Notes under the pieces: generated by a model
The model's input: the letters and a program-made list of their open reading frames with translations, nothing else
Database searches by the model: none
Told to the model about the DNA's origin: nothing
Assembly: GCA_965224485.1 (NCBI GenBank)
Contig: CBDCZH010000001.1
Span: forward strand, 45,907-109,906
Direction: 5' to 3'
Source of the DNA: Arcobacteraceae bacterium
Lineage (GTDB): Bacteria; Campylobacterota; Campylobacteria; Campylobacterales; Arcobacteraceae
DNA length: 64,000 nt
Position numbers and translations under genes: made by a program
In this document: positions 28,345-39,137 of the stretch, piece after piece
Layout: the number at the start of each line of letters is the position of its first letter
Position numbering within the stretch: position 1 is the stretch's first letter

Positions 28345-29120
28345 TATCTAAACGTTGTTCCACCATCTACTAATAGAGTCTGTGAAGTAACCCAAGATGC
28401 ATCAGAAGTACATAAGAAATAACATGCACTAGCTAAATCATCAGGTTGACCAACTCTATTTAAAGCAGATAATTCAGCAGTTTTTTGCTTCACTTCTTCA
28501 TAATTAGTAAATGCTTTTAAAGCATCAGTATCAATAGGACCACCTGAAACAGAATTTACTCTAATATTAAACTCACCTAATTCAGTTGCTGCATATTTAA
28601 CCATAGTTTCAACAGCTGCTTTATTAGTACCATGACCTGCATAGTTTTCAATATAAACAAGATTTCCAGTAGAACTTAGTGAAACAATAGATCCACCACC
28701 TGTTTTTTGCATTCTTTTAGCAGCTTGTTGAGCTCCACATACAAAAGCATTTACAGTTGCTGTATAAATATTATTAAGTCCTCTTGGTTTTAAACGCATA
28801 AACTTACCATATCCACCAACAACAGCTCGACCATAAATCATTGCATTTGAGATGAAAAAATCAACTCTATCAAAGTCTTTATCAATTTCTAAAAAAACTT
28901 CTTTATATGTTTGTGGTTCTAAAATATTTAATGCATAACACTTACATTTTACCTTATATTTTTCTTCAACATCTTTACAGATTTCTTGAGCAATCTCTTT
29001 ATTTGAATTATAAGTAAAAGCAACATTTACACCATTTTGTGCAAACTTATAAACATTTGCTTTCCCTATTCCTTTAGTACCACCAGAAATAACTAGTGTT
29101 TTACCCTTCATATCAGACAT
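28344..29120 (-). CDS. SDR oxidoreductase (enoyl-ACP reductase / 7-alpha-HSDH-like)
   Basis: ISGGTKGIG, RVNSVSGGPIDT, LLVDGG; start moved to ATG 29120. Confidence 0.85.
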   Translation of the reverse strand: MSDMKGKTLVISGGTKGIGKANVYKFAQNGVNVAFTYNSNKEIAQEICKDVEEKYKVKCKCYALNILEPQTYKEVFLEIDKDFDRVDFFISNAMIYGRAVVGGYGKFMRLKPRGLNNIYTATVNAFVCGAQQAAKRMQKTGGGSIVSLSSTGNLVYIENYAGHGTNKAAVETMVKYAATELGEFNIRVNSVSGGPIDTDALKAFTNYEEVKQKTAELSALNRVGQPDDLASACYFLCTSDASWVTSQTLLVDGGTTFR

Positions 29121-29132
29121 ATTCTCTCCCAC

Positions 29133-30020
29133 TTATTTAATTATATTGTATTTTTGTATTACTTTTTCAAGTTTTTTCATTGTTTCAGCACTTGGAGCTG
29201 TTAGAGGTAATCTATATTCTAAAGTATCTAATAAACCTGCTAAATACATAGCTGCTTTAATAGGAACAGGATTTGCTTCTATAAAAAGTGTTTTATTTAA
29301 TTCATATAAATCATTATTTATCTCTCTCGCTTTATCATAATCGCCAGCCATTACACTATGAACTAATTGGCTTTTATAATTTGGTAAAAGATTTGAAGTT
29401 ACTGAAATAATACCAGCTGCTCCATTTGCTAACATAGGAAAATCAATTGCATCATCTCCTGATATTACACAAAAATCTTTTCTTTGTGATAACAGTTCTA
29501 CTGCACGCTCTAAAGAACCTGTTGCTTCTTTAATAGCATAAATATTTGATACATCATCAAATAATCTAATTGCTGTATTTGCTTCAATATCAACACCAGT
29601 TCGTCCAGGAACATTATAAAGCATAAAAGGAATCTCAACTGCTGATGCAATTGCTTTATAATGTTGATATAAACCTTCTTGTGTAGGTTTATTATAATAA
29701 GGAGCAACAGATAATAAACCATGAGCACCAACATTTTGAGCGTGTTGAGCTATTTCTATTGCTTCTTTAGTTGCATTAGAACCAGCACCAGCAATTACTT
29801 TTACATTCGTACCCTTACAAGTAGCAACTGCAATTTCTATACACTCTTTATGTTCAGGGTGAGTTAAAGTAGCACTTTCACCAGTTGTTCCAACAGGAAC
29901 TACTGCATCCATACCTTGTTGGATTTGTCGTTTTATTAGTGACTCATAAGCTTGTGTATCAATTTTACCATTTTTAAAAGGTGTAATTAATGCTGTCATT
30001 GCTCCAGTTATGTTGTTCAT
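29133..30020 (-). CDS. dapA: 4-hydroxy-tetrahydrodipicolinate synthase
   Basis: [24 protein letters not shown]. Confidence 0.96.
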   Translation of the reverse strand: MNNITGAMTALITPFKNGKIDTQAYESLIKRQIQQGMDAVVPVGTTGESATLTHPEHKECIEIAVATCKGTNVKVIAGAGSNATKEAIEIAQHAQNVGAHGLLSVAPYYNKPTQEGLYQHYKAIASAVEIPFMLYNVPGRTGVDIEANTAIRLFDDVSNIYAIKEATGSLERAVELLSQRKDFCVISGDDAIDFPMLANGAAGIISVTSNLLPNYKSQLVHSVMAGDYDKAREINNDLYELNKTLFIEANPVPIKAAMYLAGLLDTLEYRLPLTAPSAETMKKLEKVIQKYNIIK

Positions 30021-30051
30021 GTTTTTCCTTGTGCTTTTTTATAGTTAATAT

Positions 30052-31311
30052 TTATTTTTTTTTCTTTAAAATTACTGTTGTTGAGTTATCTTCTATTAAA
30101 TATTTATTAGCTACTTTTATTATGTCTTTTAATTTTATTTTTTCTATATCTTCTTCATAAGAAAATAAAGGTTTAATATTTCCACGTACAAGATATGAAC
30201 CGTAAAGATTTGCTAAAGAAGTTGAACTTTCTAAAGAAAAAACAAAATCAGCTTTTGTATTTATCTTTATTTTAGCCAAGTCTTTATTAGAAATCTTAGC
30301 TTCTTTTACATCTTTTATAATTTTCAAGAACTCTTTTTCAACATCTTTTGCTTTAACACCTTCATTACAAACAGCTAAAAACATAAAAACACCTGGATCT
30401 TTAAGTTCCATATTATAAGCATAAACAGAGTTTACAAGTTTTTTCTCATCAACTAGAACTTTATGTAAAAGTGAACTTTTACCAGAACTTAATAATTCAG
30501 ATAAAGCAGATAAAGCAACTTGATCTTTATGTTCAAAATTAGGGATATGATAAGTAATAGCTATCATTTGCACGCTTGAGTCTTTATGAATAATTACTCT
30601 TTTAGCCCCATCTTGCTTAGGTTCTATTGTATGAATCTTTTCTATTATTTCTTTTTTATTTTTAATGTCTTTAAAGTATTTTTCACTAGCTTCAAAAACT
30701 TTTTCTTTAGTAATATCACCAGTTACTAGAACAATTGCATTTTTTGGTTGATAATACGTTTCATGGAAATCCCTAATATCTTCAATTTTCCAGTTTTGTA
30801 TATCTTCCATAAATCCAATAGGAGTCCAATGGTAAGGATGATAAGCATAAGCATAGTTAAAAAGTTTAAAATATAAATATCCTGTAGGATTATTATCTGT
30901 TCTCCATCGTCTCTCTTCAGTTACCACATCACGTTCTGGTTGAAACTCTTCATCTTTTAGTGTTAAGTTCTCCATAAGTTCAGAAAATAACTCTAAAGAT
31001 TTATCCATATTTTTAGAGCTTGATTTGATGTAATAATGTGTATAGTCAAAAGAAGTAGAAGCATTATTAACTCCTCCAAAACCTTTTACTATTTCATCAA
31101 ATTCACCAGCTTTTAATTTCTTAGTTGATTTAAAATTTAAATGCTCTAACATATGGGCAATTCCACTTTTTCCCATAACTTCATTTCTTGAACCAACTTT
31201 ATAAAAAATATCAGTTGAAATTACATTTGTATCATTTTCCATAGGAATGGCAACTATTTGTAAACCATTTTCTAAGGTTTTAGTATAATATTTTGGTAAG
31301 CTACTGCTCAT
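30052..31311 (-). CDS. M16-family zinc protease
   Basis: HMLEH (HxxEH), NASTSFDYT; start is ATG 31311 with a GGGGA RBS, and the track's longer start runs through a repeat. Confidence 0.9.
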   Translation of the reverse strand: MSSSLPKYYTKTLENGLQIVAIPMENDTNVISTDIFYKVGSRNEVMGKSGIAHMLEHLNFKSTKKLKAGEFDEIVKGFGGVNNASTSFDYTHYYIKSSSKNMDKSLELFSELMENLTLKDEEFQPERDVVTEERRWRTDNNPTGYLYFKLFNYAYAYHPYHWTPIGFMEDIQNWKIEDIRDFHETYYQPKNAIVLVTGDITKEKVFEASEKYFKDIKNKKEIIEKIHTIEPKQDGAKRVIIHKDSSVQMIAITYHIPNFEHKDQVALSALSELLSSGKSSLLHKVLVDEKKLVNSVYAYNMELKDPGVFMFLAVCNEGVKAKDVEKEFLKIIKDVKEAKISNKDLAKIKINTKADFVFSLESSTSLANLYGSYLVRGNIKPLFSYEEDIEKIKLKDIIKVANKYLIEDNSTTVILKKKK

Positions 31312-31328
31312 TAAATCCCCTGTTAATA

Positions 31329-31426
31329 AAGTGAAAAGTGAAAAGTGAAAAGTGAACAATGCCACTTTTCTTATCATTTTTCTTAAATATTTTAATTTTT
31401 CACTTTTCATTTTTAATTTTTCACTT
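31329..31426. repeat. Inverted heptamer arrays (AAGTGAA)x4 ... (TTCACTT-like)x5
   Basis: 4 perfect units at 31329-31356; 5 degenerate reverse units at 31392-31426, containing the pyrD stop. Confidence 0.85.
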
Positions 31427-32482
31427 TCTTAAGTCTTCACCAATTGCTTGGTTAATATTTGTATATCCGTCTTCTTTTAATAATTCAATTAGACCTTCAT
31501 TTATATTTTTAACCATTGAAGGGCCTTCAAAAATCATTCCTGAATAAGCTTGAACTAAAGAAGCTCCAGCTTTTATTCTTTTATATGCTTCTTTTGCATC
31601 GCTTATTCCACCAACTGAAATCAGTATAGTTTTTCCATATAACTCTTTGGCTAATTCTTTAAATAGTTCATATGATTTTTCTTTTAAACACTCACCACTT
31701 AAACCACCAAAATCTTGTGCGTTATTAACTAAAGAATAATCAATAGTAGTATTCGTAGCAATAATCCCAGCAGCTCCTGCTTTTATAGCTGTTTTACATA
31801 AGTCCACAGCAGTTTTAGATTCCATATCTGGGGCTATTTTTAATAAAATTGGTTTTTTAGTAATCTTTTTTGCCATAACAAATAGTTCAGTAATAAAGTC
31901 TTCATTTTGCAAATCTCTTAAATTAGGAGTATTTGGGCTTGAAATATTTATTACTAAATAATCACTTATATCTTTAAATCTATTTATTAAAATTTTATAA
32001 TCACTTAAGGCAAACTCTTCAGGAGTTGTTTTATTCTTTCCTACATTTGCTCCAACAGGAATACAAAATGGAAATACCTTTCTTAAGTTTTTAGCAACTG
32101 CATATGAACCTTGGTTATTAAACCCCATAGCATTTTGAATAGATTTTTCACTTGGATATCTAAACATTCTAGGTTTAGGATTTCCCTCTTGTTCTTTAGG
32201 TGTCATTGTTCCAATTTCTGTATATCCAAAACCAAGTGCAGGCATAGCTTTAATCATAGTCGCATTTTTATCAAAACCAGCAGCAAGTCCCACAGGGTTT
32301 TCAAAAGTAATATTAAATAACTCTTGTTTTAAATAAGAGCTAGTAATAAAATTTCTTTTAATCATTTTATTATTTATTACTCTTAAACACGGTAGGGCTT
32401 TTAATGCATACTCACTAAGATTATGAGCAGTTTCAGGATTAAATAAAAATAGTATCTTTTTCAAATTTGAATAATTAAACAA
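31421..32482 (-). CDS. pyrD: Quinone-dependent dihydroorotate dehydrogenase
   Basis: NPVGLAAGFDKN, NISSPNTP, LKIAPD, GGLSG. Confidence 0.96.
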   Translation of the reverse strand: MFNYSNLKKILFLFNPETAHNLSEYALKALPCLRVINNKMIKRNFITSSYLKQELFNITFENPVGLAAGFDKNATMIKAMPALGFGYTEIGTMTPKEQEGNPKPRMFRYPSEKSIQNAMGFNNQGSYAVAKNLRKVFPFCIPVGANVGKNKTTPEEFALSDYKILINRFKDISDYLVINISSPNTPNLRDLQNEDFITELFVMAKKITKKPILLKIAPDMESKTAVDLCKTAIKAGAAGIIATNTTIDYSLVNNAQDFGGLSGECLKEKSYELFKELAKELYGKTILISVGGISDAKEAYKRIKAGASLVQAYSGMIFEGPSMVKNINEGLIELLKEDGYTNINQAIGEDLRK

Positions 32483-32553
32483 GTTTCACCTTTAGTAAAA
32501 TTTTGATATTTTATCTAAAATATAGTAAATATACATTTAGATAAGTTTTTATT

Positions 32554-34263
32554 TTAAATATTTGCTGAATTATGCAAACGTTTATACTCTGTACAGGTTT
32601 CTAAAAGTTCTTTTTCATTACCTAAACAAACAATTTTTCCAGCTTTAAAAACTGCTATTTTATCAGCATTTCTAATAGTACTTAATCTATGTGCTATTAC
32701 AAAGGTGATTCTATTTTTTGATATCTCATCTATTACTTCTGTAATAATCGATTCACTTTCATTGTCTAATGCTGATGTTGCTTCATCAAGAATTAAAATT
32801 TGTGGGTTTTTATATAAAGCTCTTGCAATTGCAATTCTTTGTCTCTGCCCTCCTGAAAGATTTGTTCCAAACTCATCTAAAATAGTATTAATTCCATTCT
32901 CTAAGCTTTGAATAAAAGTATAAGCATGAGCTTGTTTTAAAGCTGTTATTACTTTACTCTCATCAAACTCTTGTCCATAAGAGATATTATTTGCAACACT
33001 ATCATTGAAAATATAAACTCTTTGAGTAACAACAGAAATATTGTTTCTTAAAGATGGAATATCTATATTTTTTAAATTCTGTTCATTTACTAAAATATTT
33101 CCAGAATTAGTATCGTAAAATCTAATTATTAAATTTATTAAAGAAGATTTTCCTCCTCCACTATCTCCAACAAGAGCAATTTTTTCACCCTTGCTTACTT
33201 TTAAATTAATCTTATCAAGAGCTGTTACGTCATCATATTTTAAACTAACATCTTTAAATTCAATTGTTTGAATATCTTTAGGAAAAGCCTCTTTTCCTGT
33301 AAGAATATTAGCTTTTGTATGTAATAAATCATTTACTCTTTCATTTGCAGCTAAGGCACTTTGCATTTTATTATATAAAGAAGATAGTTTTTTCAAAGGA
33401 GTATATAACATAAATAAAGCTGTCATAAATGAGAAAAATGAACCAACAGACAGATCTCCATCAATTACTTGCTGACCTCCGTAAATAATAACAATAGCAA
33501 CAGCAAAAGATCCTAATATCTCCATAATAGGGGATACTAATTCATTTGTTTTAACAGCTTTTATTGAAATATTAAAAAATTTTTGATTATGGTCTTTAAA
33601 CTTTGAAGTCTCTAAATACTCTGTTGAGTTTGCTTTAATTATCTCTATATTGTTAAATGTTTCACTTAAATGAGAAGTAATATCTGAAATAGATTCTTGT
33701 GATTTAAAAGATAGCTTTTTCATCTTTTTAGCCAAAACTGTTAAAGGGTAAATAGCTAAAGGAAGTACAACTAAACCAAAAAAAGCAAGTTGTGGACTTT
33801 GATAAATAACCATAATAACAAGAGCAATAATAGTCATAGAATCTCTAATAAATTCTGCTATTTGGCTAGATACAGCTGATTGAATTTTGTTTATATCATT
33901 TGTAATTCTAGAAATTAACTCTCCACCATGTTTTTTCTGAAAAAAATCTATATCCAATGTAAGAGTATGAGCTAATAAAGAATCTCTTACTTTTCTAATA
34001 ATATCTTGTCCTATATATGAAATATAATATGCTTGTATATATTTACCAAAACCCTTAGCAGAGTATAGGGCTATTACCATTAAAGGCAAAAGGTGTAACA
34101 TGTTTTCGTCTTTTGCTATAAAAATATCATCTAATAAGGGTTTAATCACATAAGCAGTTCCGGCCGTTCCACCTGCTACTAAAACCATTCCTATAAAAGC
34201 ATAAGAAAACTTTAATTTATAATTTTTATAATAAGGTATATATTGTTTAAAAAAATCTAACAT
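32554..34263 (-). CDS. msbA: Lipid A exporter-type ABC transporter
   Basis: TMD plus NBD (GDSGGGKS, LSGGQRQR, ILDEATS); position upstream of pyrD. Confidence 0.85.
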   Translation of the reverse strand: MLDFFKQYIPYYKNYKLKFSYAFIGMVLVAGGTAGTAYVIKPLLDDIFIAKDENMLHLLPLMVIALYSAKGFGKYIQAYYISYIGQDIIRKVRDSLLAHTLTLDIDFFQKKHGGELISRITNDINKIQSAVSSQIAEFIRDSMTIIALVIMVIYQSPQLAFFGLVVLPLAIYPLTVLAKKMKKLSFKSQESISDITSHLSETFNNIEIIKANSTEYLETSKFKDHNQKFFNISIKAVKTNELVSPIMEILGSFAVAIVIIYGGQQVIDGDLSVGSFFSFMTALFMLYTPLKKLSSLYNKMQSALAANERVNDLLHTKANILTGKEAFPKDIQTIEFKDVSLKYDDVTALDKINLKVSKGEKIALVGDSGGGKSSLINLIIRFYDTNSGNILVNEQNLKNIDIPSLRNNISVVTQRVYIFNDSVANNISYGQEFDESKVITALKQAHAYTFIQSLENGINTILDEFGTNLSGGQRQRIAIARALYKNPQILILDEATSALDNESESIITEVIDEISKNRITFVIAHRLSTIRNADKIAVFKAGKIVCLGNEKELLETCTEYKRLHNSANI

Positions 34264-34357
34264 TGAAATCCTAAAGTATGTTTATCTTAAGATATAGATT
34301 ATATCTAAATATTACTAAAAGCATATTTTAGGTTTTTTTATTTTACGTTAAACATCT

Positions 34358-35212
34358 TTATATAAAAGAATTTATCATTAATAAAATCATAGAAAATAAT
34401 AAGTAAGAGTTAATAAGCATAAAGTTCATTAAGTACTTATGGTTTTTTCTTAATAAAAAAATAAAAACAACAGTAATTACATTTAAAATAAGTAATAAAA
34501 CTAATAAATATATAGGAAGAGGATAGAACACTAAAATCATAAACATTCCACAAATTACTGTTAATAATAACCATATAGAAGTAATGCGCTCTAGTCCTTC
34601 AACTCCAAATCTATCAATTACTGTAGGAAACTTAGCCTTTTTATACTGCTTATGATATTTAAGTGTTAAAAGCCAAAAATGAGGAATCTGCCATACAAAA
34701 TAAAATAAAGCAATAGCTTGAAATCGTATATCATATATTTCTCCTCCTGCACTAACCCAACCAATTAAGGGTGGAATTACTCCTAAAACTGCTCCATAAA
34801 CAGCTGCATAAATAGTTGTTTTTTTAGCATTTGTATAAAAAACATTGTATAAAATTACAACTAAAGCAAATAGGGCTAAACCAAAATAACTATTTGAGAT
34901 ATAGATTAAAGCAAATGCTAAAAATATCAATATAAAAGATATTACAGCTCCTTGTGTTGCAGTTACTCTCTTAGAAGCTATTGGTCTATTTTGTGTTCTT
35001 ATCATTAAGGCATCTTCTTTATACTCTTGGACTTGATTTAAGCAAGAAACACCTAAAGCTAATAATAAAACAGCTAAAAAAGGAATAAATGAATCTTTAT
35101 TTAACTCTTGTGCATATAAAACAAAAGTAAACAAACAAGACAAACTAACTGCAAAAGATAGTTTGAACTTAGTTAAAATAAAAAAATCATTTATGCTTAT
35201 AATTTTTGTCAT
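34358..35212 (-). CDS. ctaB: Protoheme IX farnesyltransferase (heme O synthase)
   Basis: NQVQE..DALMIRTQNRPI, GVIPPLIGW, WQIPHFW. Confidence 0.9.
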   Translation of the reverse strand: MTKIISINDFFILTKFKLSFAVSLSCLFTFVLYAQELNKDSFIPFLAVLLLALGVSCLNQVQEYKEDALMIRTQNRPIASKRVTATQGAVISFILIFLAFALIYISNSYFGLALFALVVILYNVFYTNAKKTTIYAAVYGAVLGVIPPLIGWVSAGGEIYDIRFQAIALFYFVWQIPHFWLLTLKYHKQYKKAKFPTVIDRFGVEGLERITSIWLLLTVICGMFMILVFYPLPIYLLVLLLILNVITVVFIFLLRKNHKYLMNFMLINSYLLFSMILLMINSFI

Positions 35213-35215
35213 TTT

Positions 35216-36484
35216 TTACTCCTTTTTATCTTTCATATCTAGTGTTTTTATATATTCAATTATTGCATCAACTTCTTCTTTGTTTAAAACATCTTTAAAA
35301 GCTGGCATCATATTTATATATCCCTCAACAATTTCATCTGCTGGGTTTAAAATGGCATTTATTATATATTTTTCATCTGCAATTATTTTTATAATATTTC
35401 CATCTTTTTTTATTTTTGTTTCTCTATTAAAAAGATTTTTAAAACTAGGTCCTACTATTTTACTTCCATCAATACTATGACAACCAATACATCCATTATT
35501 ATTTAGAAGATCTTCTGCATTAATTTTAGATTTCTGTATAGTCTTTTTGCCTGTAAAATAATCAAGTACGATTTGAAGATCATCATTTGATATAACATCT
35601 TTAAATCCTGGCATTAAATTTGCACTATAAGTTTCAACTATCTCTTTATTTGGATATAAAATTGCATTTTTTAGATATAACTCATCTCTTTTAACAGTTT
35701 TACTAATACCATTTACTGTAATTTTCACCTCTTTATTATAAAGGTCTTTGAATCCTGGCCCAACTAACACAGTAGAATCTAAACTATGACAGCCTGTACA
35801 GCCTAAGTTTTGCATGATTTCTATAGCACTTGTTTTTGAAGAAGTATCTTTTTTAGCTTTTGGTTCTAACCAAGATATATAATCTTCTTGTGAAAGCACC
35901 TTTACAGAAGAGGTCATATATGAGTGTCTAGTTCCACAATACTCAGCACATAAAATATCATATGTACCTAAGGTAGTTGCATTAAACCAAAGTTTTGTTA
36001 TTAATCCTGGAACAATATCTTCTTTTGCTCTAAAAGCTGGTACGAAAAAACTATGAAGAACATCATTTTCAGGTGCAGTCATTCTTAGCTTAATATCTTT
36101 ATTTATAGGAACAATAAGTTTATTCGATTTTTTACCATTTTCATATTCAAAAGTCCAGAACCATCGTTGTGCTGTTACTTTTATATTTACAGCCATATCA
36201 TCTTTAGGCATGGTTCGCTGAACTCTTAAAGAGTCTAAACCATAATAAAATATAATACCCATCAAAATAGTTGGAATTATAGTCCAAGCTATTTCTAAAG
36301 GAGTATGATGTTTTATGTTTTTAGTATCTTCTCTTTTATGTTTGCTTTCTTGATACTTAAATACAAAATAAAGCATTGCTCCAATAGTTACTACAAATAA
36401 AAATAAAGTTATAAGTGTTACAACTATAAAAGCCTGGTCTACATCTTGCGCATATGTTGATACGCCTTTAATTCCTTCTAACAT
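35216..36484 (-). CDS. coxB: Cytochrome c oxidase subunit II with CuA and two C-terminal cytochrome c domains
   Basis: LEIAWTIIP, DVLHSFFVP, CAEYCGTRHSYM; CTGCH and CIGCH; start moved to ATG 36484 (AAGGAG). Confidence 0.93.
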   Translation of the reverse strand: MLEGIKGVSTYAQDVDQAFIVVTLITLFLFVVTIGAMLYFVFKYQESKHKREDTKNIKHHTPLEIAWTIIPTILMGIIFYYGLDSLRVQRTMPKDDMAVNIKVTAQRWFWTFEYENGKKSNKLIVPINKDIKLRMTAPENDVLHSFFVPAFRAKEDIVPGLITKLWFNATTLGTYDILCAEYCGTRHSYMTSSVKVLSQEDYISWLEPKAKKDTSSKTSAIEIMQNLGCTGCHSLDSTVLVGPGFKDLYNKEVKITVNGISKTVKRDELYLKNAILYPNKEIVETYSANLMPGFKDVISNDDLQIVLDYFTGKKTIQKSKINAEDLLNNNGCIGCHSIDGSKIVGPSFKNLFNRETKIKKDGNIIKIIADEKYIINAILNPADEIVEGYINMMPAFKDVLNKEEVDAIIEYIKTLDMKDKKE

Positions 36485-36485
36485 A

Positions 36486-36800
36486 TCAATCTCCTTGAAA
36501 TAAATCAAATGTTTCATTTCTAAAAATAGCATCACTAGCAGTTATTATAAAAAATATTGCTAAAGTTCCTAGTGCCATTAAAACTATTAATTTAAAAAGT
36601 TTTGATTCATATTTTAAGTGCATATAATAAGAACCTATTAGAACTGTTTTTATACAAGCTATGAACATTTGTACCCATAAAGTATTACTAAGTTCCATAC
36701 TTAATAAATATGGTTGTATAAATGTAAGTGATGTTAATAAAAACAAAGCTACAAAAACTTTTAAATATATCTCTTTTGTTAAATGTGTTGAAGCTTGCAT
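36486..36800 (-). CDS. coxD: Cytochrome c oxidase subunit IV
   Basis: 3 TM helices; IK..LI..YYMHLKYE. Confidence 0.85.
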   Translation of the reverse strand: MQASTHLTKEIYLKVFVALFLLTSLTFIQPYLLSMELSNTLWVQMFIACIKTVLIGSYYMHLKYESKLFKLIVLMALGTLAIFFIITASDAIFRNETFDLFQGD

Positions 36801-36801
36801 C

Positions 36802-37465
36802 TTAGGCTCCTATACCAATAATATAAAATAATGGGAATAAAAATACCCAGACCATATGTACTAAATCCCAATATAAACAGATATTTTCTAAAATAACATA
36901 TGACTCTTTGTTCACTGTTTCTTTTTTAATTAAAAACAAAACCCATAACATTAAAAAAATACCTATGATAATGTGAACACCATGTAGACCAGTCATTGTA
37001 AAATAAAGTCCAAAAAATAGTATTTCTCCATTTGTTTGTGTATTTAATAAAACGGAATCAGGATAAATACCATGATTAATTTCTGCCATCCATTCAAAAT
37101 ATTTTACAAGTAAAAAAAACAGAGGCTAAAACTATAGTTATATATATTTTATTTTTAGCTTGTTGTTTTTCATCATTTTTTAAGTGCAATAAGGACATAC
37201 CCATAAAATATGTTGAGAAAAGTAAGATAAAGGTATTTATACCTCCTAAATATATATTAAGAGTTGTTGATGCTTTTACAAAATCACTAGTATTTGCATA
37301 AAAGAAAAACGTATAAACTAAAAACATTGTTCCAAATAACATAAGTTCTGTAAATAAAAATAGCCAAAAACCAAGTTTTGAACCTGTATAGTCATTGTTA
37401 AAATCAACTATTTCATGCTCTTTGCCATTTTTATCTAAAATTGTTTCAGGAGTTATATTAGTCAT
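36802..37465 (-). pseudogene. coxC: Cytochrome c oxidase subunit III, split by a +1 frameshift in a T8 tract (real or sequencing error)
   Basis: LGFWLFLFTELMLFG and YFTMTGLHGVH..YWDLVHMVW lie in different frames; removing one base at 37112-37119 gives FLLVKYFEWMAE. Confidence 0.85.
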
Positions 37466-39134
37466 CTTCTTCTCCTTTTTTCTTATTTGAATGTATTTCT
37501 TCATATAAGTTATATACAGGTTCACCTTTTTCATACTCATAAGGCTCAAAATCTATATAAGGAATGTTTTTAAAGTTCTCTAACGTAGGAGGAGAAGATA
37601 TTTGCCATTCTAAAGTTGTTGCATTCCAAGGATTAGGCCCACATTTTTCTTCTGTTTTAAGAGATCTTAAAAGATTGTATAACATGTATAAAATACCTGC
37701 TATTGTAATAAATGCACCAATAGCAGCTATTTGATGATAAATAGTAAACTCAGGTAAATAATCAAAATAACGTCTAGGCATTCCTAATGCACCTGCTAGG
37801 AACATAGGGAACCAAAGAAGATTGAAACCTATAAAGATAAGGTAAAAAGCTACTTTTGCCTTTGTTTCGTTATACATAATACCTGTAAACTTTGGATACC
37901 AATAGTGCATTCCTGCAAAAAGCATAAATACAACACCACCAAAAATTGTATAGTGAAAATGAGCAACTACAAAGTATGTATCGTGTAAATGAATATCAAC
38001 TCCAAGGGTAACTAATGTAATACCAGTTAATCCTCCAATAGCAAAAGTGATAATTGTTCCTAAAGCCCATAACATTGGAGTTTTTAAAACTATTGAACCT
38101 TTATACATGGTAGCAACCCAATCAAAGAACTTAATTCCTGTTGGAATAGATACAAAGAAGGTTAAAAAAGAAAAAATTATCTTAGTCCACTCGCTCATAC
38201 CAGAAGTAAATAAATGATGTCCCCATACTAAATAACCAATAATTGCAATTAAAGCAGATGAAATAGCTATTGATCTATAACCAAAAATCGTACGTCTACA
38301 AAAAGTAGGAAGAATCTCAGACATAATTCCAAAAGCTGGTAAAATCATCAAATATACAGCTGGGTGAGAATAAATCCAAAAAAGATGCTGATATAAAATA
38401 GGATCTCCACCCTTACTTGGATCAAAAATACCAATACCAAAGGTTTTTTCCAAAATTACTAAAACTAAGGTTATTCCAATAACAGGAGTTGCTAATATTT
38501 GTATCCAAGCTGTTGAGTATAAACCCCAAACAAATAATGGCATCTTAAAAAAGTCCATACCAGGAGCTCTTAATCTATGAACAGTAACTACAAAATTTAT
38601 ACCTGTTAAAATAGAAGCAAGTCCTAAAACATAAGCAGCACTTACAGCCATTATTACATTAGTATCTGTTTTAACACTATAAGGTGCATAAAAAGTCCAA
38701 CCAGTATCAGCAAAACCTGCATCAAAGAAAAGTGAAAATAAAGCTAAGGCACAGCCAAGAAGATAAAACCACCAAGATAAAAGATTTAGCCTTGGAAAAG
38801 ATACATCTCTAGCTCCTATTAATAAGGGAAGTAAAAAGTTACCAAAAACTGCTGGAATACCTGGAATTACAAATAAAAATATCATAATTGTTCCATGTAA
38901 GGTAAAAGCTTGATTGTATTGATCTGGGCTTAGTATTTGCTCTCCTGGATAAAAAAGCTCTAACCTCATAGTAAGAGCAACAGACATAGCAATAATGAAA
39001 AATATCATCATAACAAGTAAATATAAAAGTGCTATTCTTTTATGATCAATGGAAAAAATCCATTGCAATAATTTATTTTCATGATGTCCAAAAACAGTAT
39101 GTGTATTAGAGTAAAAACTATTTGTATTATCCAT
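37458..39134 (-). CDS. coxA: Cytochrome c oxidase subunit I, A2 type
   Basis: DHKRI, TLHGTIMIF, GWTFYAP, YSHPAVY, WGHH, HDTYFVVAHFHY, MPRRY. Confidence 0.96.
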   Translation of the reverse strand: MDNTNSFYSNTHTVFGHHENKLLQWIFSIDHKRIALLYLLVMMIFFIIAMSVALTMRLELFYPGEQILSPDQYNQAFTLHGTIMIFLFVIPGIPAVFGNFLLPLLIGARDVSFPRLNLLSWWFYLLGCALALFSLFFDAGFADTGWTFYAPYSVKTDTNVIMAVSAAYVLGLASILTGINFVVTVHRLRAPGMDFFKMPLFVWGLYSTAWIQILATPVIGITLVLVILEKTFGIGIFDPSKGGDPILYQHLFWIYSHPAVYLMILPAFGIMSEILPTFCRRTIFGYRSIAISSALIAIIGYLVWGHHLFTSGMSEWTKIIFSFLTFFVSIPTGIKFFDWVATMYKGSIVLKTPMLWALGTIITFAIGGLTGITLVTLGVDIHLHDTYFVVAHFHYTIFGGVVFMLFAGMHYWYPKFTGIMYNETKAKVAFYLIFIGFNLLWFPMFLAGALGMPRRYFDYLPEFTIYHQIAAIGAFITIAGILYMLYNLLRSLKTEEKCGPNPWNATTLEWQISSPPTLENFKNIPYIDFEPYEYEKGEPVYNLYEEIHSNKKKGEEDD

Positions 39135-39137
39135 CTT

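Noticed and set aside
31312..31410. 33-aa N-terminal extension of the M16 peptidase
   Set aside because: FTFHFSLFT is the heptamer repeat translated; the RBS supports ATG 31311
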